Shown here in pieces: positions 39,666-49,541 of a stretch of DNA of 64,000 nucleotides. A program made the translations under genes and the position numbers. Below the pieces are notes generated by a model that was given only the letters and a program-made list of their open reading frames with translations, ran no database searches and had not been told where the DNA came from. The stretch lies in contig DATJDL010000014.1 in assembly GCA_035497455.1 (NCBI GenBank), positions 42,700 through 106,699 on the forward strand, given 5' to 3'. This DNA is from Flavipsychrobacter sp. (GTDB lineage: Bacteria; Bacteroidota; Bacteroidia; Chitinophagales; Chitinophagaceae). The number at the start of each line of letters is the position of its first letter. Position 1 is the first letter of the stretch.

Positions 39666-40160
39666 ATGGATGTGCATCTCATCAAATATAAAACTGCCCT
39701 TAGTAAGGACGAACTCTCTTTCCTAAAACAAAAAGAAATGAAGGAACGGAAGCAGCTTTATAAAGTGGTGCGTGTTCTCATGATCATGTGTTTTATATGT
39801 CCCTTTGCCGGTGCGTGGATCAAGGCATTAAAGGGGGACGAACTTGCCTTTTCCTACCTGTACTATTTTCTGGGCGTCACATTTTTAATGTTCTTTTCCG
39901 GCATCGGAGTCTTTATGAGTTACCGTGCTCATCTTTACAAAGTGCGGCAGGATATCAGGCATGCTACTAAAACCGTGGAAACGGTCCAGATTACGCGCAA
40001 GCAATATATGCCCTCCAACAATACTTATTATTTTTACCTGTCTTCTCCTGTAAAGCTCAGCATAGAGGTAGAAGAAGAGTATTATCGTTCGCTGGAAAAA
40101 GGCGATCAGGTTAATATTGAGTACACACCCTATTCCAAGCAATACCTCGGCTATTTTTAA
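39666..40160 (+). CDS. Hypothetical membrane protein (two predicted TM helices)
   Basis: 164-aa ORF starting 4 nt after the M32 stop; hydrophobic segments VLMIMCFICPFAGAWI and FLGVTFLMFFSGIGVFM; no known motif. Confidence 0.5.
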   Translation: MDVHLIKYKTALSKDELSFLKQKEMKERKQLYKVVRVLMIMCFICPFAGAWIKALKGDELAFSYLYYFLGVTFLMFFSGIGVFMSYRAHLYKVRQDIRHATKTVETVQITRKQYMPSNNTYYFYLSSPVKLSIEVEEEYYRSLEKGDQVNIEYTPYSKQYLGYF

Positions 40161-40299
40161 ATTTAGATTTCCCTAAAGCACTTCTTTTAAATTTTCAGTT
40201 TATAAACTATCCATGTTTTAGCTCATAAATATGGAATAGTTGAATGGATGTTGCCGGTGCTACTAACTTCACTCGCAAAGAACCAGCTATACGTATTAT

Positions 40300-41568
40300 T
40301 TATCCAAACAGGATACCCGCAATCGTGGCACTCAGATAACTTGCTAACGTGCCGCAAAGCAGGGCGCGCATTCCTAATCTGGCGAGATCTGCACGGCGCT
40401 CCGGAGCCAGCGCACCAATACCGCCGATTTGCATGCCCACACTGCTGAAGTTGGCAAATCCGCAGATGGCCACCGTAGTGATGAGTAATCCTTTTTCCGT
40501 GAGAATAGGTACTGTTTTGTTAGTGAGATTACTGAAGGCTACAAACTCGTTAATCGTGATCTTCTGACCCAGCAGCGTAGCGGCATTATTTACATCCTGC
40601 ATCGGTATACCCATTGCCCAGGCAAAAGGGAAAAATAGTTTCCCGAAAATATAATTAAGACTCAGTTGGAGATCCGGGTTAAAAATATGACCGGTCTTTA
40701 GCAAACACCAGTCGATCATAGCTATCAGCGAGATGAAGCCGATGATCATGGCAATGACAGTCATAGCGATTTTAAAACCATCAGCCGCACCGTGGCTGAT
40801 AGCATCTATGAGATTGCTGTAATTACTATGTACCTCCAGTTTTACTTTTCTCATCGTCTGCGACTCTTCTGTTTCAGGATATACGATCTTGGAAATAACC
40901 AAAGCGCCCGGCGCCGCCATCAGGCTGGCTGCAATGAGATTGGGTGTAATATCCAAGCCTGCGCGAAGCCCCATATTAGCATATACGATGAGAATACCCC
41001 CGGCTATACAAGCCAGGCTGCCGCTCATAGAAGCCAGCAACTCGCTCCGGGTCATTGTAGCCAGATAGGGGCGTATCATGATCTGTGCTTCCACCTGACC
41101 AACAAATGCACTGGCGACGTTACTTAAGGCCTCAGCCCCACTTACACGCATGATCCAATTCATAGCTCTTGCTATCATCGAAACGATACGCTGCATAATA
41201 CCTAAGTGATAAAAGACTGCCACTAAAACACATACAAGGATAATAGTAGCTGTAATATTGAACGCAAAAACGAACGTGCCTGGGGCATTGAAGTTGACCA
41301 GGTTGCCGGTAAAATCCACAGCGCCGGTGCCACCGTATGCGAAGTCAGCGCCCTTTTTTGCAAATCCTTCTATTTTCTCCATTCCTTTTCCCAGTTTCTG
41401 AAAAAAAAGATTGACGAAAGGAACTTTGAATACCAGTAAGCCTATCAACACCTGAAGTAAAATACCGCTTCCCACCAAACGAAGATTAATGCGTTTCTTA
41501 TTGTTGGAAAAAAGAAAGGCAATACCTAAGATCAATATGATGCCTATAAAACCGGTAAAACGTTGCAT
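40300..41568 (-). CDS. nupC: NupC/NupG-family concentrative nucleoside transporter
   Basis: 422 aa polytopic protein; EAQIMIRPY, GFANFSSVGMQIGGIG and LLCGTLA are CNT-family motifs. Confidence 0.9.
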   Translation of the reverse strand: MQRFTGFIGIILILGIAFLFSNNKKRINLRLVGSGILLQVLIGLLVFKVPFVNLFFQKLGKGMEKIEGFAKKGADFAYGGTGAVDFTGNLVNFNAPGTFVFAFNITATIILVCVLVAVFYHLGIMQRIVSMIARAMNWIMRVSGAEALSNVASAFVGQVEAQIMIRPYLATMTRSELLASMSGSLACIAGGILIVYANMGLRAGLDITPNLIAASLMAAPGALVISKIVYPETEESQTMRKVKLEVHSNYSNLIDAISHGAADGFKIAMTVIAMIIGFISLIAMIDWCLLKTGHIFNPDLQLSLNYIFGKLFFPFAWAMGIPMQDVNNAATLLGQKITINEFVAFSNLTNKTVPILTEKGLLITTVAICGFANFSSVGMQIGGIGALAPERRADLARLGMRALLCGTLASYLSATIAGILFG

Positions 41569-41651
41569 CCAATAAAAATAAAAAATTGCAATCTAAAATG
41601 TCCTTTAAATTAAACGTATCCGATTTCTGTACGTTTTTGAATTTTGGCTTT

Positions 41652-41659
41652 TACTTTTG
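41652..41659 (+). promoter_or_regulatory. -7 promoter box for rimM (leaderless spacing)
   Basis: TACTTTTG, 4 nt upstream of ATG 41664. Confidence 0.5.
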
Positions 41660-41663
41660 GACT

Positions 41664-42164
41664 ATGATTCGCATCGGTAAAATAGCGGCTACACACGGAC
41701 TTCAAGGAGATATGATACTCACTCATATTTTGAATAAAAAACGCTGGCTTAAAAAAGAAGATGTCTTGTTTTTAGAACTGAATAAAGAAAGCTTTATACC
41801 CTTTTTTGTTTTGAATGTAAAAGGAGAGCAGGAAGAGGAATGCCTGATAAGACTGGAAGATGTAACTACGGTAGAGCAGGCGAAAAAGCTGATCGGCAAA
41901 CAGGTATATGTCGAAGACATTGTATTGGAAGAGCAAAAAATAGATTCGCCTCTTTTATGGGTCGGATTTAACATTATCGACCGCGAAAAAGGCGAGATCG
42001 GCCGTATAGAAGACGTGATACAAACCGGGCACCAATGGCTGGCATCTTTGCATTACCAAGGGAATGAAGTGCTCATCCCGCTGATAAAGGAAATGATCCT
42101 AGACATTAATATGCGCAATAAGTTTATCCGGATGGAACTACCGGAAGGTTTGCTGGAACTTTGA
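41664..42164 (+). CDS. rimM: 16S rRNA processing protein RimM
   Basis: Start moved to ATG 41664 (MIRIGKIAATHGLQGDMIL, the RimM N-terminus). A TACTTTTG box at 41652-41659 lies inside the longer ORF-track version. Confidence 0.88.
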   Translation: MIRIGKIAATHGLQGDMILTHILNKKRWLKKEDVLFLELNKESFIPFFVLNVKGEQEEECLIRLEDVTTVEQAKKLIGKQVYVEDIVLEEQKIDSPLLWVGFNIIDREKGEIGRIEDVIQTGHQWLASLHYQGNEVLIPLIKEMILDINMRNKFIRMELPEGLLEL

Positions 42165-42269
42165 TCCAAACTATAATTTGATCAATAGTACGTTCAGGGT
42201 TGCTCTTATATTCTCAGAAAACTCATTACCTAGTACAGGCTACTAGCATAAAGTACAATATCCAATAGT

Positions 42270-43751
42270 TTATCGCGCTATCCAGCCGCTCGGGTCTTGC
42301 GGTGAAGATTTGTCATTGGCCCCTACTTTCCATAACTCAAAGTGCATCAGGTATTCTCCGTTATCATTCTGTCCTACGGTTCCGAGGCTTTGCTTCATAC
42401 TTACTTTGCTGCCTTTGCTCACGCTCACACTGCCCAGCCGGGAATATAGCGTGAAGAAACGACCATGATTGATCATCACACACTGCCCCATTCCCCCAAC
42501 ATAAAAGACGTTAGTTACGGTACCGCCGAACACCGCTCTCACGCCGGCACCTGCACTGGTCTGTATCTCTATTCCATTATTTTCGGTCTCAATGTTGTAA
42601 ACCGGGTGTTTCTGTTTTCCGAAACGTTCTGCTATAAATCCTTTTTCTACCGGCCAGGGAAGTTTTCCTCTGTTGGCTTCAAAATTATCGGACAGGGCGG
42701 CCACCTCAGGTGTAAGACTCAGATTGTAGCTTGTAGCTTTCGGTTGGCTGGGTCGCGGGGTAGTTGCCGTTGGAGCTGCGGCAGTTGGCGTATTTTCTTT
42801 GGAAGTAGAAGGATATTTATTTGCCCCGGCATTATAACGCGGGTTTCCCGGAATCGCAGATTTCGTACCGGAGCCGGTCACTACTTTTATTTCTTGCGCA
42901 TTACGGGCATTTTCGGCTGATTTGGCTGCAGCTACTCGCGCCTCTTCTTCTTTACGCTGGCGTTCTTCTTCACGTCTTCTCTCCTCCTCAGCCTTCTTCC
43001 TGGCTATTTCTATTTCTTTGCGAATAGCCGCACTAATCGCCTTTTCGAGCGATTTTAATGATTTCTGGTTGTTTGATATCTCACGGGAAAGTTCATTCTC
43101 TTTTCCTTTTAGCTGCGAAACAATACGGTCTTTTTCATTGGTCTCTTTTTGTATCACCTGCTTTTGTTGTTCTTCGGCGCTTCGCAGCACGCTTTTTTGA
43201 GATTTAGCAAGATTGAGCACGTTTATTTTTTGCTCGATGTTGCTGTTCATCGCTTTAATCTGTTCTGCCTGGTATTTGCGATAGTCACGGTATTTTTTAA
43301 GGTAGCGCACGCGTCGCATCGCCGTATTAAAATCATCTGCTGAGAATAAGAACGCCAGCATGTTGTAGGAGCTTTTATTCATATAAGAGTAGCGAACGGA
43401 TTGCGCATACCGCATTTTCAGTACCGTTAGCTTTGCACGCAGTTGTTCAATCTCGACGGCAGAAAATTTAATGTTGTTATCTATGGAACTGATCTCCTGG
43501 TTAATGTTGGCGATAAGATGCTGCCGTTCGGCAAGTTTAGCCTGAAGGGCACGCAATTCAGTCACCGAAGCTTTCCTGTCGCTTCGGGTTACATCCAACT
43601 GAGCCTGTGTTTCCCTGATGCTGTTGATGATGCTCTTGCGGCGATTTTCCAGCTCGTTGCGTGAGGCGCCTGGCTGCTGCCCAAAAGTGGCTGCACTGTA
43701 ACAGAGTAAGATCAACAAACTACAAACACGTATGGAGCGGCAACATTGCAT
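42270..43751 (-). CDS. EnvC-like murein hydrolase activator (coiled coil plus degenerate LytM/M23 domain)
   Basis: Long coiled-coil N-terminal half and EERRREEERQRKEEE linker. The C-terminal LytM fold lacks metal ligands (NNGIEI where HxGxD is expected, LMHFE where HxH is expected). The start is uncertain: ATG 43751 gives the signal peptide MQCCRSIRVCSLLILLC, and an alternative is 43796. Confidence 0.8.
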   Translation of the reverse strand: MQCCRSIRVCSLLILLCYSAATFGQQPGASRNELENRRKSIINSIRETQAQLDVTRSDRKASVTELRALQAKLAERQHLIANINQEISSIDNNIKFSAVEIEQLRAKLTVLKMRYAQSVRYSYMNKSSYNMLAFLFSADDFNTAMRRVRYLKKYRDYRKYQAEQIKAMNSNIEQKINVLNLAKSQKSVLRSAEEQQKQVIQKETNEKDRIVSQLKGKENELSREISNNQKSLKSLEKAISAAIRKEIEIARKKAEEERRREEERQRKEEEARVAAAKSAENARNAQEIKVVTGSGTKSAIPGNPRYNAGANKYPSTSKENTPTAAAPTATTPRPSQPKATSYNLSLTPEVAALSDNFEANRGKLPWPVEKGFIAERFGKQKHPVYNIETENNGIEIQTSAGAGVRAVFGGTVTNVFYVGGMGQCVMINHGRFFTLYSRLGSVSVSKGSKVSMKQSLGTVGQNDNGEYLMHFELWKVGANDKSSPQDPSGWIAR

Positions 43752-43931
43752 TCCGACAAAAATAACCAAATCTGTCAGCGAACAAAGTCTATACATAGTT
43801 TTTAAGATGGTTTTAAGGCAGATTTTCCATATGCAAGCATGTATCAGAGCAAATTGCTTCCGATATCATGTTCCTTTTAGGAAGACATATTGACTTAGCA
43901 ATGTTTCACCGCAGTGAGGGCAACCCGGTAT

Positions 43932-43960
43932 AATAAAAAAAGCCCTGCTCATGAGGGCTT
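43932..43960 (-). terminator. Rho-independent terminator after metK
   Basis: Stem aagccct (43940-43946) / agggctt (43954-43960), followed on the minus strand by TTTTTTT. Confidence 0.75.
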
Positions 43961-43982
43961 CCTATCTCGAACAGAATGTGCT

Positions 43983-45236
43983 TTATTTGATCCTGAATGC
44001 GGTTTTTACTTTAGAAACATAATCCAGTTTTTCCCAGGTAAACAGTTCCACTTTCATGGTCTTCTTTTTACCATCAGGAGAAGAGAAAGTTTTGGTTATG
44101 ATTTCATTTTTTCTACCCATGTGTCCGTAAGCTGCAGTTTCGCTGTACATAGGAGTACGCAACTTCAGGCGCTGCTCGATAAAATAGGGACGCATATCAA
44201 ATACTTTCTCTACAATCCGGGCAATTTCACCATCATTCATGTCCACCTTGGCAGTGCCGTAAGTATTGATATAAATGCCCATAGGGGCGGCAACACCAAT
44301 AGCGTAAGAAACCTGAACCAATACTTCGTCGCAAACACCGGCAGCCACCAGGTTTTTAGCGATATGACGTGTAGCATATGCTGCTGAGCGGTCTACCTTG
44401 CTAGGATCTTTACCGCTGAATGCACCACCACCGTGTGCTCCTTTACCACCATAAGTATCGACAATGATCTTACGGCCTGTCAAACCGGTATCACCATGAG
44501 GACCACCGATTACAAACTTACCGGTTGGGTTGATGTGGTATTTGATCTTGTTATTGAATAAATGGGCATAGGTAGGATAGTTTTTCTTCACCCGGGGGAT
44601 GAGTATATCGATAATGTCTTTTTTGATCTTTGCCAGCATTTTAGGCTCCGTATCAAAATCGTCGTGTTGTGTAGAAACTACGATCGCATCTATACGTACC
44701 GGTTTGTTATGATCATCATATTCCAGCGTTACCTGGGATTTCGCATCAGGACGTAAATATTTGATTTGTTTATTTTCTCTCCGCAGCGCAGCCAGTTCCA
44801 GCAACACAGCATGTGCCAGATCCAGAGCAAGCGGCATGTAGTTAGCTGTCTCATTGGTAGCATAACCAAACATCATCCCCTGGTCACCGGCACCTTGTTC
44901 TTCTTTTTTGGTGCGATCTACACCCTGGTTGATGTCAGGGGACTGTTCGTGGATGGCTGAAAGTACACCGCAAGAATTGGCTTCAAACATGTACTCACTT
45001 TTAGTGTAGCCTATCTTTTTGATGACATCGCGGGCAATGGTTTGTACATCTAAATAGGCTTTAGATTTTACCTCACCTGCCAATACCACTTGTCCGGTGG
45101 TAACAAGTGTTTCACATGCTACTTTGGATTGCGGATCGAAAGCCAGAAAGTTGTCAATAAGAGCGTCAGAAATCTGATCCGCTACTTTATCAGGATGTCC
45201 TTCAGATACAGACTCAGAAGTGAATAAGTAAGGCAT
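43983..45236 (-). CDS. metK: S-adenosylmethionine synthase
   Basis: [56 protein letters not shown]. Confidence 0.98.
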   Translation of the reverse strand: MPYLFTSESVSEGHPDKVADQISDALIDNFLAFDPQSKVACETLVTTGQVVLAGEVKSKAYLDVQTIARDVIKKIGYTKSEYMFEANSCGVLSAIHEQSPDINQGVDRTKKEEQGAGDQGMMFGYATNETANYMPLALDLAHAVLLELAALRRENKQIKYLRPDAKSQVTLEYDDHNKPVRIDAIVVSTQHDDFDTEPKMLAKIKKDIIDILIPRVKKNYPTYAHLFNNKIKYHINPTGKFVIGGPHGDTGLTGRKIIVDTYGGKGAHGGGAFSGKDPSKVDRSAAYATRHIAKNLVAAGVCDEVLVQVSYAIGVAAPMGIYINTYGTAKVDMNDGEIARIVEKVFDMRPYFIEQRLKLRTPMYSETAAYGHMGRKNEIITKTFSSPDGKKKTMKVELFTWEKLDYVSKVKTAFRIK

Positions 45237-45265
45237 TTAAAAATTTAAGGTTATGTGTTTAATTA

Positions 45266-45301
45266 AATAAAAAACGCGTGCAAAAATAAACCACGCGTTT
45301 T
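45266..45301 (-). terminator. Rho-independent terminator after glmS
   Basis: Stem aaaacgcgtg (45271-45280) / cacgcgtttt (45292-45301), with a T-run on the minus strand. Confidence 0.65.
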
Positions 45302-45320
45302 AATTATGATAAATTATTTT

Positions 45321-47159
45321 CTATTCTACCGTAACAGACTTAGCCAGGTTACGCGGTTGATCTACATTGGTGCCCCTCATGATAGCAATATGGTATGACA
45401 ACAGCTGCAGCGGAACGATAGTAACCAGCGGAGACAGCACTTCCTCCGTGATAGGGATTTCTATAACGTGGTCAGCAATGTGTTTCATCTCCGTGTCGCC
45501 TTCATTCACCACTACGATCACCTTGCCTTTCCGTGCTTTCACTTCCTGAATATTGGAAATGATTTTTTCGTAGGCACTGGGGTTAGTGGCAAGGAAAACA
45601 ACCGGCATCTCTTCGTCTATCAGTGCAATCGGACCGTGCTTCATTTCAGCAGCAGGATATCCTTCTGCATGAATGTAGGAGATCTCTTTCAACTTTAACG
45701 CCCCTTCCAGCGCCACCGGGAAGTTTAACCCGCGACCCAGGTAAAGGAAGTTGGGAGCATCTTTGTAAATAGCAGCAATCTCCTGTATTTGCGCGTCCAG
45801 CTTCAATGCTTTTTCTATTTTCTGCGGGATGTTCTCCAGTTCATACAGGATCTCGCGCAATTTGCTGTTGGCTATTGTTCCTTTATGTTTGGCAATCTGC
45901 AGTGCAATAAGCGTCAGGATAGTGATCTGTGCAGTAAATGCTTTTGTTGATGCCACGCCTATTTCCGGACCCGCGTGTACATAAGAGCCTGCATGTGACG
46001 CGCGCGCAATAGAAGAACCGATAACATTGCAGATGCCGTATATCAGTGCCTTATGTTCCTTTGCCAGTTCGATGGCAGCCAGGGTATCCGCTGTTTCCCC
46101 GCTTTGTGAGATAGCAAATACTACATCGGTTTCGTTGATGATCGGGTTACGGTAACGGAACTCCGATGCATATTCCACTTCTACGTTCACTCTCGCCAAT
46201 TCTTCTATAAGATATTCTCCGATAAGACCGGAATGCCAGGATGTGCCGCAGGCAATAATGATGAAACGGTCTGCATTATTGATCCGGGTGAGATATTCTT
46301 CTACGCCACCCATTTTTATCCATCCCTCTGTAGCATTCATTCTTCCTCTTAAGGCATCGGCTACTACTTTGGGCTGTTCAAAAATCTCTTTAAGCATAAA
46401 ATGGTCAAATCCGCCTTTTTCAATGGCTTCAAGACTCATTTCAAGTTTTTGGATCGCAGGAGATTTTTCTACGTTGCCCAGTGTCTTAATATGAAATTCT
46501 CCGTTGCGGTTGACTACGGCGTATTCCTGGTCATCCAGGTAAACCACGTTCTTTGTATATTCAATAATAGGCGATGCATCGGAAGCTACAAAAAACTCTC
46601 CCTCTCCGATTCCTATTACCAGGGGGCTGCCCTTCCGGGCTGCTATAAGCTGGTCTGTATTATTTCTGTCTAAAACAACAATGGCATAAGCTCCAACCAC
46701 TTCATTGAGCGCTATTCTTACCGCATCTTCCAGTGAAGAGCCTTCCTGTTTCCTGACTTCTTCGATCAGATTTACCAAAACCTCTGTATCTGTATCCGAA
46801 TGAAATTCATAACCCCGTTTCTGCAATTCGGTTTTAATGGCAGAGTAGTTTTCGATGATACCATTGTGGATCAATGAAAGATCTCCGGAGTTAGAAAGAT
46901 GAGGGTGTGCATTTACATCGTTAGGAACGCCGTGCGTAGCCCAGCGCGTATGGCCAATGCCTATGGTAGCCATTACATCTTTCCCGGAAGTAAAATTTTC
47001 AAGCTCGGTCACTTTCCCGGCTTTTTTATAAACATGCATATTGCCGTTAAGGATCGCAATGCCTGCACTGTCATAACCCCGGTATTCCAGTCTTTTCAAA
47101 CCCTTTAACAAAATGGGAAAAGCTTGTTTGCTACCGATATAGCCAACTATACCACACAT
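45321..47159 (-). CDS. glmS: Glutamine--fructose-6-phosphate aminotransferase
   Basis: MCGIVGY N-terminal nucleophile, two SIS domains, C-terminal DQPRNLAKSVTVE. Confidence 0.98.
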   Translation of the reverse strand: MCGIVGYIGSKQAFPILLKGLKRLEYRGYDSAGIAILNGNMHVYKKAGKVTELENFTSGKDVMATIGIGHTRWATHGVPNDVNAHPHLSNSGDLSLIHNGIIENYSAIKTELQKRGYEFHSDTDTEVLVNLIEEVRKQEGSSLEDAVRIALNEVVGAYAIVVLDRNNTDQLIAARKGSPLVIGIGEGEFFVASDASPIIEYTKNVVYLDDQEYAVVNRNGEFHIKTLGNVEKSPAIQKLEMSLEAIEKGGFDHFMLKEIFEQPKVVADALRGRMNATEGWIKMGGVEEYLTRINNADRFIIIACGTSWHSGLIGEYLIEELARVNVEVEYASEFRYRNPIINETDVVFAISQSGETADTLAAIELAKEHKALIYGICNVIGSSIARASHAGSYVHAGPEIGVASTKAFTAQITILTLIALQIAKHKGTIANSKLREILYELENIPQKIEKALKLDAQIQEIAAIYKDAPNFLYLGRGLNFPVALEGALKLKEISYIHAEGYPAAEMKHGPIALIDEEMPVVFLATNPSAYEKIISNIQEVKARKGKVIVVVNEGDTEMKHIADHVIEIPITEEVLSPLVTIVPLQLLSYHIAIMRGTNVDQPRNLAKSVTVE

Positions 47160-47171
47160 GGAGTATTCGTT

Positions 47172-48590
47172 TTAGATTTTTGAGAAGACAACGTTCAATT
47201 TTATTTTCAGGTTCGCGTCACTCCGATTCCCACCACCGCCAATGAGCCTGTAAGCTCCCGGATAACCTGACGCACCCACTATACGCAAATGTAATTTATC
47301 TTTTTGTTCTACAATAGCGGTTTGAACTTCGCGGGGAATATTTAATGTGTACTGTGTAAAGGTAATTCCGGCAATCGTTACAGATTTTTTGGTGCCATCC
47401 ATAAATGCCAGCGGCTCGGTGTAGGTTAAGGGATACCTGTCTTGTACAGGGGTCAATGTACCATCCGTATTCACTCTCTGCGGGTAAAGACGCGCAGGTC
47501 CAAAATACTTATCTGCATTATCACCCACAAAAGAATATTGAGTGATAATGAGTTCTGCCTTGTTGATGGGTTTTTTAGGAAGGTTTTTTATGTAGGGTAC
47601 GATCACATCCAAAGCAGCCCCGGGTTCATTTTGAAGGACAAAAACAGAATCCGATACATTAGCCGAAGCCATCAGTGTACCGGTGGGGGTAGAGGAGTAA
47701 TCTCTTGAAATCCGGTTGTAATGAACGCAGTAGTCGGGATTATAGAAGAAAGATGCCGTCTTTACGGTGGTATCTTGTTTATAATAAAACAGGACACCCG
47801 CTCTTAAATAATCATAAGATCCATTTAGTCGAAAATAAAAAAGTGCATTTCCACCACTGTTGCTGGCAGAAGGCTGAATATAAAAGCCTCTGAAATAGCC
47901 CAGGAACTTCGCATAGGCGCTCATATTATCATCAGAAACATTGTTGATCTTATTGATAAAGGATGATGAGAGCTTAATGCGGAAATGAGGTGCCCGTTTG
48001 CTGCCGTTGTCCGATACAGAGTCCTTTAATCCGGCATAGCTATTTATAGACCCTGTTCCCAATACTTCCGGATTGAAGGCAACGACGCTTTCACTATAAT
48101 ATTTGACAGAGTCATTCTTTATCAAGGAATCCGAAATTTCGTGTACAGTAAATTCCTGCGGGAGCAGGCCTGTAGTATCTCCCCAGGTAAAACCGCTGTA
48201 AGGCAATATCAAAACTGCCGAATCGATCGTGGTATTTTCCGGGAATTTAAAGTTGAGCTGTGGTGGAACGACCTGAACATAAATGCCTGCTTTAGTCTTT
48301 CCGGAATAAGGATCCGTCACCAAATTTCCCAAAGCATGATGAATCGTTAAGCCACTTACGGTAAGGCTGGTCAAAGCTGAATCAGACATGACTGTTTTGC
48401 TGTAGATCGTAATCGTATCAGGGATGATAATGGAATTTACAGTATCTCCGGAAGGCACCAGATTGGCATTCAAAATGGTATCTTCGTTGCAACTATATAA
48501 ACCGGTAACGAAAGCAAAAATCGCAGCCAGGAAGGGAATTCGAGCGATGATGTGTTTCAAAGTGTTTTTTAATTTTAGCGAAAGTGACAA
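47172..48590 (-). CDS. DUF4270-like lipoprotein
   Basis: 472 aa; lipobox GLYSC. Its position between the short glycogen-synthase-like gene and glmS is where I recall DUF4270 sitting in Bacteroidota. The family assignment is from memory, not a search. Confidence 0.6.
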   Translation of the reverse strand: MSLSLKLKNTLKHIIARIPFLAAIFAFVTGLYSCNEDTILNANLVPSGDTVNSIIIPDTITIYSKTVMSDSALTSLTVSGLTIHHALGNLVTDPYSGKTKAGIYVQVVPPQLNFKFPENTTIDSAVLILPYSGFTWGDTTGLLPQEFTVHEISDSLIKNDSVKYYSESVVAFNPEVLGTGSINSYAGLKDSVSDNGSKRAPHFRIKLSSSFINKINNVSDDNMSAYAKFLGYFRGFYIQPSASNSGGNALFYFRLNGSYDYLRAGVLFYYKQDTTVKTASFFYNPDYCVHYNRISRDYSSTPTGTLMASANVSDSVFVLQNEPGAALDVIVPYIKNLPKKPINKAELIITQYSFVGDNADKYFGPARLYPQRVNTDGTLTPVQDRYPLTYTEPLAFMDGTKKSVTIAGITFTQYTLNIPREVQTAIVEQKDKLHLRIVGASGYPGAYRLIGGGGNRSDANLKIKLNVVFSKI

Positions 48591-48598
48591 ATGAAAAT

Positions 48599-49426
48599 CT
48601 AAGACTCTGTTAAGCTTTTATACAGGTCTAAAAGCGGTGTTACATCGTCCCTCCATGTAGGATCGTACTTTAATACTTTCTTGTAACGGCTGGGTTTTAT
48701 TTCATCTGCGATTTCCTTTTGCAGGTTGTCTTCGCCTACCACTACCACATCGGCATTTTTTATACCTCCTATGGTGAGTGCCGTATTGGTCAATGCTTTG
48801 AAAGGTTCCAGGTCTTTTTCTTTTATTTCGTTGCTGATCAAGGCTTTTTTAATAAAATCAGCATGGAGCTTTTCGCTGAATTGGTCGTTTTCGGCGGTGA
48901 AGATGGTCTTGGAGTAGTTAAAGACCGGTTCTTTCTTATAAGCAGTTTTTAAGAACAAAGGAACCAGGGAAGTCATCCACCCATGACAATGTATAACGTG
49001 TGGCGGCCAGCCAAATTTCTTCACGGTTTCCAATGCACTTTTGCAGAAAAAGATCATACGCTCGGCATTGTCGTCGAAGAATTTATCATTCTCGTCACGG
49101 AAAAGCTGTTTTCTTTTGAAATAGTCTTCATTATCCATAAAGTAGACCTGCAGGCGGGCATTAGGCAATGAGGCTACTTTGATAATCAAAGGATAATCAT
49201 CTTTATCGATAATAATGTTGATACCCGAAAGGCGTACCACCTCGTGCAAGCGATGACGGCGCTCGTTGATAATGCCGAAACGTGGCATGATCACACGCAC
49301 CTCCAAACCCGAATCGAACGTAGCGATCGCCAGCTTATTGAGTATGTGTGCAAAGTCCGTTAGTTCTACATAGGGAGATAAATCGTTTGCAACTATCAGC
49401 ACCCTTTTCTTTGTATCTGCAGACAT
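48599..49426 (-). CDS. Half-size glycogen/starch synthase-like protein (GT5 N-terminal domain only)
   Basis: 275 aa; VLIVANDLSPY...VRVIMPRFG...HCHGWMTSLVPLFLK resembles the N-terminal Rossmann domain of GlgA. It lacks the KxGGL motif and the whole C-terminal domain. Confidence 0.75.
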   Translation of the reverse strand: MSADTKKRVLIVANDLSPYVELTDFAHILNKLAIATFDSGLEVRVIMPRFGIINERRHRLHEVVRLSGINIIIDKDDYPLIIKVASLPNARLQVYFMDNEDYFKRKQLFRDENDKFFDDNAERMIFFCKSALETVKKFGWPPHVIHCHGWMTSLVPLFLKTAYKKEPVFNYSKTIFTAENDQFSEKLHADFIKKALISNEIKEKDLEPFKALTNTALTIGGIKNADVVVVGEDNLQKEIADEIKPSRYKKVLKYDPTWRDDVTPLLDLYKSLTES

Positions 49427-49482
49427 GTGTTTGTTTTAAGGTTAACCTAGTATCTAAAAAAGATATTTATGAAAAATGGTTG

Positions 49483-49490
49483 CAAAATTA
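49483..49490 (-). promoter_or_regulatory. -7 promoter box for the short glycogen-synthase-like / DUF4270 / glmS gene string
   Basis: TAATTTTG on the minus strand, 56 nt upstream of ATG 49426. Confidence 0.45.
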
Positions 49491-49541
49491 CGAAAATATT
49501 GAATAGCAACCCTTACTTTGCGTCATTAATGCTTTTTTGCC

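Noticed and set aside
45237-45320. I looked for a SAM riboswitch upstream of metK, and similarly upstream of metF at 5812-5860.
   Set aside because: The available leaders are only about 35-50 nt once the glmS terminator and the promoter box are accounted for. That is too short for any SAM-I, SAM-II or SAM-V aptamer, and no conserved cores are visible.
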